From an uncultured Sulfitobacter sp. (GTDB lineage Bacteria; Pseudomonadota; Alphaproteobacteria; Rhodobacterales; Rhodobacteraceae): DNA of 64,000 nucleotides. Both the position numbers and the translations under genes were made by a program. Each line of letters starts with the position of its first letter. Position 1 is the first letter of the stretch. Shown here piece by piece: positions 57,460 to 64,000 of the stretch. The notes beneath the pieces were generated by a model. It was not told where the DNA came from, ran no database searches, and worked only from the letters and a program-made list of their open reading frames with translations. The stretch spans positions 34,033 to 98,032 of the forward strand of contig CAJXSZ010000010.1 of the NCBI GenBank assembly GCA_913060815.1, given 5' to 3'.

Positions 57460-59157
57460 GTGGCATTGTCGCGACGCACAGGCGCGCGGTTCCAAGCGTC
57501 AATCTGGCCCGGATTTGTGGATGCCATGACCGGGCTTTTGCTGGTCCTGATGTTCGTGCTGACCATCTTTATGGTAGTGCAGTTTGTCCTGACGGAGCAG
57601 ATATCGGGACAGGAGACAGAGCTGGACGAGCTTTCGTCGGAAGTGGCAGCCTTGGCGCAGGCGTTGGGTCTTGAGCGTCGCGCCACAGCTGATCTGGAGA
57701 GCCAAGCGGCACAGCAGAACGCTCTCATTGCGACGCTTCAGGCCGCGCGTGCCGAGCAGGCCGAGGCGCTGGCCGAGGCACAGACTCAGATCACCAGCTT
57801 TGAGGCGCAAGTCGCTGGTTTGATTGCAGATCGTGACCGTGCGCTGGGGCAGGTTTCCGATCTCGAAGCGCGTGAGGCGACGCTGTTGAGTGAGCAGGAA
57901 GCGCTCAATGCGGCCTTGGCCGCGAGCCGTGAGGAAACCGATGCGCAGGCCGAGCAGGCGCGGCTGGCAGCCGCACGGCGTGAGGCGCTGGAGGCGCTTA
58001 TGGTTGATCTGCGCGCACGCAATGCAGAGGCCCAAGGCCAGATTGATACCCTTACCGCTGATCGCGATGCTGCGCGGGAGGCGTTGAGCGCACAAGAAGC
58101 GGCCCAGCTGGCGGAGGCGGCCGCGGCTGAGGCCTTGAGGGAGCGGTTGGCAAATGCGGATACCGAGTTGACGGCCATGACCCTATCGCTGGAAGCTCAG
58201 CGCAGAGAGGCGGAGGAAACGCTGACTTTGTTGGCGGCAGCGCGGGCTGCGCAAGAGGAATTGGACCTGCGTCTGTCGGCTGCGCAGGAGGGCAGCGAAG
58301 CCGAGATAGAGGATTTGCGCGCGCGACTTGCGGCGGCGTTGGCGGCGCAACTGGCCGCCGAGACAGCAGCGGGTGAGACACAGACGGAGGCCCAACAGCG
58401 TGCCGCGTTGTTGGCCCAAGCGCAGTCGGAGTTGGCGCAGGAACAGGAAACATCTGCCGCGGCGCAACGCCAGACAGAGCTTTTGAATCAGCAAGTTGCG
58501 GCGCTTCGCTTGCAGTTGAGCAACCTTCAGGGGCTGCTGGACGAGGCCGAGGTCGCGGACGCTGCGCGGGAAGTTGAACTGCAGTCGCTGGGATCACAGC
58601 TCAACACCGCACTGGCGCGGGTCGCGGCTGAAGAGCGGCGACGTGCAGAGTTGGAGGCGGCAGAGGTGGCGCGGCTGGAGGAGGAGACCAAAAACCTCGA
58701 GCAATACCGATCCGAGTTTTTCGGGCGGCTGCGCTCTGTACTGGGCGCGCAAGAAGGGGTGCGGATCGAGGGCGATCGCTTTGTCTTTAGCTCGGAAGTG
58801 TTATTCCCGCCCGGTGGCGCGGATCTTTCGCGTGAGGGCAGGGGTGAGGTCGCCAAGGTTGCAGATATCCTGCGCAACGTGGCAGCGGATATACCCGAGG
58901 GCATCGATTGGGTCATTCGGGTGGACGGTCACACGGACGATGTGCCGCTTTCGGGGCTGGGCGAGTTTGCGGACAACTGGGAACTGAGTCAGGCGCGCGC
59001 CTTGTCGGTGGTCAAGTACATGGCGAACTTCCTTGGTATTCCACCCGACCGTTTGGCGGCAAACGGATTCGGGCAGTACCAGCCTGTAGACACCGCAGAC
59101 ACGGATGCGGCGCGGGCGCGTAATCGGCGGATCGAGCTTAAATTCACTGAAAAATAA
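57460..59157 (+). CDS. MotB-like protein with long coiled coil and OmpA-type PG-binding domain
   Basis: WPGFVDAMTGLL TM with conserved Asp; C-terminal RVDGHTD, NWELSQARA, GFGQYQP and NRRIE motifs. Confidence 0.9.
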   Translation: MALSRRTGARFQASIWPGFVDAMTGLLLVLMFVLTIFMVVQFVLTEQISGQETELDELSSEVAALAQALGLERRATADLESQAAQQNALIATLQAARAEQAEALAEAQTQITSFEAQVAGLIADRDRALGQVSDLEAREATLLSEQEALNAALAASREETDAQAEQARLAAARREALEALMVDLRARNAEAQGQIDTLTADRDAAREALSAQEAAQLAEAAAAEALRERLANADTELTAMTLSLEAQRREAEETLTLLAAARAAQEELDLRLSAAQEGSEAEIEDLRARLAAALAAQLAAETAAGETQTEAQQRAALLAQAQSELAQEQETSAAAQRQTELLNQQVAALRLQLSNLQGLLDEAEVADAAREVELQSLGSQLNTALARVAAEERRRAELEAAEVARLEEETKNLEQYRSEFFGRLRSVLGAQEGVRIEGDRFVFSSEVLFPPGGADLSREGRGEVAKVADILRNVAADIPEGIDWVIRVDGHTDDVPLSGLGEFADNWELSQARALSVVKYMANFLGIPPDRLAANGFGQYQPVDTADTDAARARNRRIELKFTEK

Positions 59158-59206
59158 AGGTGCTTTGCGTACACCCTGCTGTACAGCCCCTGTGCGCCAT
59201 CTGGCG

Positions 59207-60163
59207 TCAGGGTAAGGTGAGTGTAAATTGCTGCTGTTCGACCAAATCTCCTGCGCGTTGCAGCTCTGCGGTGCCCGTGTAGGTGCCAGAGGGCCACGGA
59301 ACGCGGCTGCGTTTTTTGCCAATAGCGCGGAAGAGCTGGGCCTTGCGGTCCTTGAGTAGGAGGTCACGTGCAATGACCTCACCTTCGGGGCCATTGAGGG
59401 ACAGGTGCAAAACGTCGCTTTTCTGGGTGCCGAACAGGAAGGCGTAGATCACCAAAGCATCGCTTTGCGCGTCGGGCAGGGGCACAGTGCCCGCGCGGAT
59501 GGCCTCGAATTCGGGAATAGCTGCCGCAGCGCCAATGCTCACAATGCCGCCCTGCCGGACGGGTGGCCGCTCGGCCCACAGCGTAATCTCGTCAGGTTGG
59601 CCGCACGTAATGGTGCCGTCAGGGTCGAACGGGTCGATCATTTCACCATCTCGGCGCACGGACAGATGGACGTGGGGAAATTCGGCGCGGCCTGACATGC
59701 CGACTTCGCCCAAGATATCCCCCGCAGTGACCTGTTGACCCCGTTGTACGGTCACTGAGCCTTTGCGCAGGTGGCAGTACTGCGTCTCCCAGCCATTGTC
59801 GTGTCGGAGCACTACGCCGTTGCCGCATTCACGCCCCTTAACGCTCTCGGCGTTGTCGGGGCCGTAGTGCACATCAGGAACACCGTCGCGAATGCCTGTC
59901 ACAATGCCTGTGGCTGCGGCGAGCACATCTATGCCGTCTTCTATCATGGCGTAGGAGGGCAGGGCGAAATCAGTGCCCTTGTGACCGTTATAGCTGAGCC
60001 CTGTGCACAGGAAGTCCGAGTTTGCGTCAGAGGGATCCTGATCGACATATTGCTGGATGTAGCAAGGGCCTGTCAGATCGCAATCAATGGGGGACACTAA
60101 CGAAAACTCCCCCGCCGTGGCGGGCACGGCGAGGGAGAGAAGGGTCAAAAGACCAAACCGCAT
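59207..60163 (-). CDS. M23 family metallopeptidase
   Basis: Signal peptide; HKGTD (HxxxD), YCHL and HVH zinc motifs; TAATG overlap with clpA. Confidence 0.92.
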   Translation of the reverse strand: MRFGLLTLLSLAVPATAGEFSLVSPIDCDLTGPCYIQQYVDQDPSDANSDFLCTGLSYNGHKGTDFALPSYAMIEDGIDVLAAATGIVTGIRDGVPDVHYGPDNAESVKGRECGNGVVLRHDNGWETQYCHLRKGSVTVQRGQQVTAGDILGEVGMSGRAEFPHVHLSVRRDGEMIDPFDPDGTITCGQPDEITLWAERPPVRQGGIVSIGAAAAIPEFEAIRAGTVPLPDAQSDALVIYAFLFGTQKSDVLHLSLNGPEGEVIARDLLLKDRKAQLFRAIGKKRSRVPWPSGTYTGTAELQRAGDLVEQQQFTLTLP

Positions 60164-62484
60164 TATTCAGCGGTAAGCAGCGGCGGCTTTTTGTTAGTTA
60201 GACGCGGGCTGTCTGGGCCATCGACCTGAATATCCAGCTCGCCTTTCTTGACACCGATCTTGACCACACCGCCTTTGGCGAGTTTGCCAAAGAGCAGCTC
60301 TTCGGAAAGCGGCTTCTTGATGTACTCTTGAATAACGCGGCCAAGGGGGCGGGCGCCCATCTTGGAGTCGTATCCTTTGTCTCCCAGCCATTCCGCGGCT
60401 TTGCTGCTCAGCTCGATCGTCACGTTGCGGTCCATAAGTTGGGCCTCAAGCTGAAGCACGAACTTTTCGACCACGCGCATGATGGTCTCTTTAGGCAGCG
60501 CGCCAAAGGAGATTACCGCATCAAGACGGTTGCGGAATTCGGGCGTGAACGTGCGCTCGATTGCAGCGGTATCCTCGCCCGTGCGCTTTTCGCGGCCAAA
60601 GCCTACGGCCTCTTTCGCTTGCTCGGAGGCGCCAGCGTTGGAGGTCATAATCAGGACCACATTGCGGAAATCCACGGTGCGGCCATTGTGATCGGTCAGT
60701 TTGCCGTGATCCATGACCTGCAACAGGATGTTGTAGACATCAGGGTGTGCCTTCTCCATCTCGTCGAGCAGCAGGACGCAGTGGGGGTCTTGATCGACGC
60801 TATCCGTCAGCATGCCGCCTTGATCAAAGCCGACGTAGCCCGGAGGGGCACCGATGAGGCGCGATACGGCGTGTTTCTCCATATACTCTGACATGTCAAA
60901 GCGCAGCAGCTTCACACCCAGCGTATCGGCGAGTTGCTTGGCCACTTCGGTTTTACCCACACCTGTTGGCCCTGCGAAGAGGTAGTTGCCGATGGGCTTT
61001 TCAGGTTCGCGCAGACCAGCACGGGCCAGTTTGATCGCTGCCGAAAGCTGCTCGATCGCGTTGTCCTGACCAAAGACGACCCGCTTGAGCGATTTTTCGA
61101 GGTCTTTGAGGACCACGACATCGTCTTTGGAGACGTTCTTGGGCGGGATGCGCGCGATTTTGGCAACCACAGCCTCGACCTCTTTGGTGCCGATGGTCTT
61201 ACGGCGCTTGGACGCGGCGATGAGGTGCTGTGCGGCACCTGCCTCGTCAATGACGTCAATGGCTGAGTCAGGCAGCTTGCGGTCGTTGATGTAGCGGCTG
61301 GCCAGCTCGACCGATGTCTTGATCGCATCTGCGGTATATTTGACGCCGTGGTGATCCTCGAAATAGGGCTTGATGCCTTTGAGGATTTTCTGTGCGTCTT
61401 CCACAGATGGCTCGTTCACGTCGATCTTCTGGAAGCGACGCGCGAGGGCGCGGTCCTTCTCGAAGTGCTGGCGGAATTCCTTGTAGGTGGTGGAGCCCAT
61501 GGTGCGCAGTTTGCCGCCCGCAAGCGCGGGTTTGAGCAGGTTGGACGCATCCATAGCACCGCCAGACGTGGCGCCTGCACCGATCACGGTGTGGATTTCA
61601 TCAATGAAGAGGACCGCATCATCGTGATCCTCAAGCTCGGTCACAACGGCCTTGAGGCGTTCCTCGAAATCACCGCGGTAGCGTGTCCCAGCGAGTAGCG
61701 CGCCCATGTCGAGCGAAAAGATCGTTGTCTCGGACAGCACTTCGGGCGTCTCACCAGCAACGATCTTGCGTGCAAGACCTTCGGCGATGGCGGTTTTACC
61801 TACGCCTGGATCACCCACCAGCAGGGGGTTGTTCTTGCGGCGGCGGCAGAGAACCTGAATACAGCGCTCGACTTCCTCGTCGCGACCGATGAGCGGGTCA
61901 ACGTCGCCGTCACGGGATTTGGCGTTGAGGTCCACGCAATATTTCTCGAGCGCGGATTCTTTCTTGTCGCCGTCGGTGACGCCTTGGGCTTCTTCCTCGT
62001 GTTCGGGAGCGCCAGAGACGGGGCGCGCCTCGCCATACTCGGGGTCTTTGGCGACGCCGTGGGCGATGTAGTTGACCGCATCATAGCGGGTCATATCCTG
62101 CTCTTGCAGGAAGTAGGCGGCGTTGCTCTCGCGCTCCGCGAAGATGGCGACGAGTACGTTCGCACCAGTCACTTCGGTACGGCCAGAGGATTGGACGTGG
62201 ATGGCGGCGCGCTGGATCACGCGCTGGAACGCGGCCGTGGGCACGGCCTCGGAGCCCTCAATGTCTGTCACCAGATTGCTGAGGTCTTCGTCGATGAATT
62301 CAACCAGCGTTTCGCGCAGCTCTTCCACATCGACAGAGCAGGCTTTCATCACCTGAAGGGCATCAGGCTCGTCCACGAGGGACAGCAGCAAATGCTCCAG
62401 CGTAGCAAATTCATGTTTGCGCGCATTCGCGAGCGCCAAGGCCGCGTGAATGGATTGCTCAAGTGTGGTCGAGAATGAAGGCAC
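60163..62484 (-). CDS. clpA: ATP-dependent Clp protease ATP-binding subunit ClpA
   Basis: Two AAA+ modules: [14 protein letters not shown] and [17 protein letters not shown]; GTG start. Confidence 0.97.
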   Translation of the reverse strand: MPSFSTTLEQSIHAALALANARKHEFATLEHLLLSLVDEPDALQVMKACSVDVEELRETLVEFIDEDLSNLVTDIEGSEAVPTAAFQRVIQRAAIHVQSSGRTEVTGANVLVAIFAERESNAAYFLQEQDMTRYDAVNYIAHGVAKDPEYGEARPVSGAPEHEEEAQGVTDGDKKESALEKYCVDLNAKSRDGDVDPLIGRDEEVERCIQVLCRRRKNNPLLVGDPGVGKTAIAEGLARKIVAGETPEVLSETTIFSLDMGALLAGTRYRGDFEERLKAVVTELEDHDDAVLFIDEIHTVIGAGATSGGAMDASNLLKPALAGGKLRTMGSTTYKEFRQHFEKDRALARRFQKIDVNEPSVEDAQKILKGIKPYFEDHHGVKYTADAIKTSVELASRYINDRKLPDSAIDVIDEAGAAQHLIAASKRRKTIGTKEVEAVVAKIARIPPKNVSKDDVVVLKDLEKSLKRVVFGQDNAIEQLSAAIKLARAGLREPEKPIGNYLFAGPTGVGKTEVAKQLADTLGVKLLRFDMSEYMEKHAVSRLIGAPPGYVGFDQGGMLTDSVDQDPHCVLLLDEMEKAHPDVYNILLQVMDHGKLTDHNGRTVDFRNVVLIMTSNAGASEQAKEAVGFGREKRTGEDTAAIERTFTPEFRNRLDAVISFGALPKETIMRVVEKFVLQLEAQLMDRNVTIELSSKAAEWLGDKGYDSKMGARPLGRVIQEYIKKPLSEELLFGKLAKGGVVKIGVKKGELDIQVDGPDSPRLTNKKPPLLTAE

Positions 62485-62569
62485 GTGCGTGCTCCTTTTC
62501 GTCGGGGGTCAGAGGCGATGCGTGGGGGATGCCAGCGCCGGCCATCCAACCATGGCCTGATAGTATTAG

Positions 62570-62598
62570 AGTTTGGTTGATAGTGTCGCGGCTTCAAG
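62570..62598 (-). promoter_or_regulatory. Candidate RpoH (sigma32) promoter of clpA
   Basis: Minus strand CTTGAA-N16-CCAAACT versus recalled alphaproteobacterial RpoH consensus CTTGAA-N15/16-CCTATAT. Confidence 0.45.
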
Positions 62599-62781
62599 TC
62601 TTTTCTTTAATAAAGTTGTCATATTTATTTTTCAGTGCAGTCATTGACGGTGTTTTGTGCGGTGTTTGACTGAACACAGTCTCGTTACTCCGCGAAAATG
62701 CCGCAGTCGGGGACAACTCCTTAAAATAAGATTTGGGCATGTTTTCTTGAGATACAATAGGCGCCCTGTCAGGGTGTTGCG

Positions 62782-63573
62782 CTAGAATGCATCCTTGCGC
62801 GCGCGGACCTCGGCAAAGACTTCTGTATCGGTTGCGTCTTGCAGTCCGATCGCTGCGCGCAAGGACGGGTCCGAGACACGCAGGTAAGGATTGGTCGCGC
62901 GCTCCAACGCCAGCGTCGACGGCACCGTGAATTTATCCTCTGCGCGCGCCTTGGCGATGTCGTTCATACGCTGGTGCAGGGCGGTGTTATCGGCGTCCAC
63001 TGTGAGGGCAAATTTGCCATTGGCGGTCGTATACTCATGGCCCGAGCAAATTTGCGTCTCATCGGGCCATGCTGCCATTTTGTTCAGGCTCGCGTGCATT
63101 TGTTCGGGGGTGCCTTCAAAGAGGCGGCCGCAGCCGAGCGCCATCAGGCTGTCGGCGGTGAAAGCCGCATGGGCTGCGGCCACGTGGAATGCGATGTGGC
63201 CAACGGTGTGGCCCGAGACGTCGATCACATCGACCAGAGCGCTGCCGAGCGTGAAGCTGTCGCCATCACCGAGGCTCACGTCGAGGTCAGGCAAGCGGTG
63301 GGCATCCGCGGCAGCGCCGTAGACGGGGGCGGGGTACTCGGAGAGGATTTGGGCCAGACCCTGAACATGGTCGGGGTGGTGATGGGTCAGCCAGATCTGG
63401 CTGAGGGTCCAGTTGCGCGCGGCAAGCTCGGCCAATATGGGGGCCGCTTCGGGCACATCGATCAGTGCCACGTCGCCCGTAGCCTTGTCGCGCAGCAAGA
63501 AGGCGTAATTGTCTGACAGACAGGCGATGGTGACAAGGATGTGGCTATCGGTCTCGATCATCTCGGAAGGCAT
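62782..63573 (-). CDS. gloB: Hydroxyacylglutathione hydrolase (glyoxalase II)
   Basis: [27 protein letters not shown] and TNPYLR motifs. Confidence 0.95.
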   Translation of the reverse strand: MPSEMIETDSHILVTIACLSDNYAFLLRDKATGDVALIDVPEAAPILAELAARNWTLSQIWLTHHHPDHVQGLAQILSEYPAPVYGAAADAHRLPDLDVSLGDGDSFTLGSALVDVIDVSGHTVGHIAFHVAAAHAAFTADSLMALGCGRLFEGTPEQMHASLNKMAAWPDETQICSGHEYTTANGKFALTVDADNTALHQRMNDIAKARAEDKFTVPSTLALERATNPYLRVSDPSLRAAIGLQDATDTEVFAEVRARKDAF

Positions 63574-63633
63574 GGGCAAGGCTCCTGTGCTGCGCTAGGA
63601 TGCTATCAATTGGCGTTGTACGAGGGTCTGTCA

Positions 63634-64000
63634 ATGCATCTTGATGTGCAAGACTTGCGCAATTTCTATTATCGCAGCGCATTGGGGCGTGCGGCGCAGA
63701 AATCGTTGCGCGACCGCATGGTCGAGCTGTGGCCCGAGGCCAAGGGCCAGACGGTTGTGGGTTTCGGCTTTGCCGCGCCCTTGCTGCGGCCCTACCTGAA
63801 GGATGCGCGGCGGGTGATTACGCTGATGCCGGGACCGCAGGGCGTGATGCCGTGGCCCGCGGGGATGCCCAATACATCCGTTCTGACCGAAGAGACGCTC
63901 TGGCCGATCGAGACGGGCCATGTGGACAAGCTGGTGCTGTTGCACGGGCTGGAGACCTGCGAGCGGCCTTCGGATCTGCTCGAGGAATGTTGGCGCGTGC
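63634..64000 (+). CDS. Class I SAM-dependent methyltransferase, 5' part only (truncated)
   Basis: [13 protein letters not shown]...[10 protein letters not shown]; usual divergent neighbour of gloB; not in the ORF track. Confidence 0.85.
   Translation, partial: MHLDVQDLRNFYYRSALGRAAQKSLRDRMVELWPEAKGQTVVGFGFAAPLLRPYLKDARRVITLMPGPQGVMPWPAGMPNTSVLTEETLWPIETGHVDKLVLLHGLETCERPSDLLEECWRV

Noticed and set aside
57600-58700. Repetitive GCG/GAG/CAG-rich DNA suggesting tandem repeats
   Set aside because: Explained by Ala/Glu/Gln coiled-coil coding; no exact DNA repeat unit seen.
56231-59157. Calling the stator pair a Zorya anti-phage system
   Set aside because: No zorC/D/E, nuclease or helicase nearby; context is core genome, not a defence island. 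Kept only as a structural analogy.
1-64000. tRNA, rRNA, CRISPR, IS, integron attC sites, prophage and known riboswitches
   Set aside because: None recognised by eye and no obvious compositional island. tRNAscan-SE, Infernal/Rfam and IntegronFinder runs would be needed to exclude weak cases.

Overview
Gene-dense core-chromosome segment (about 60% GC by eye) of a Rhodobacteraceae/Roseobacter-group alphaproteobacterium. It holds about 73 CDS, mostly housekeeping: ubiA, rsmE, gshA, pyrB-pyrC-plsY, moaB, an RND efflux pair, tsaC, cytochrome aa3 subunit IV, azlCD, fdhD-mobA-mobB-moeA, greA, ETF-QO, ispE, a polyprenyl synthase, gcvA, phaAB, rpsD, hisC-tyrA, clpA and gloB. I found no rRNA, tRNA, CRISPR array, IS/transposase, integrase or phage genes. 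The less ordinary elements are: (1) a non-flagellar MotA/MotB-like stator pair with a long coiled-coil stalk, near predicted peptidoglycan peptidases; (2) a MoeA fused behind a DUF429-like (RNase H fold) domain; (3) stop/start-overlapped cassettes inserted inside housekeeping operons, namely three YcxB-like paralogs between fdhD and mobA and five ORFs between pyrB and pyrC, two of them unannotated 32- and 34-aa ORFs; (4) a LysR operator with a divergent 38-aa ORF; (5) a possibly degenerate EAL protein; (6) an RND permease with an apparent two-helix insertion; (7) a possible compact TipN-like protein; (8) candidate GbsR, FNR, CtrA and RpoH sites and a structured rpsD leader. Family names come from motif recognition and memory, not database searches.
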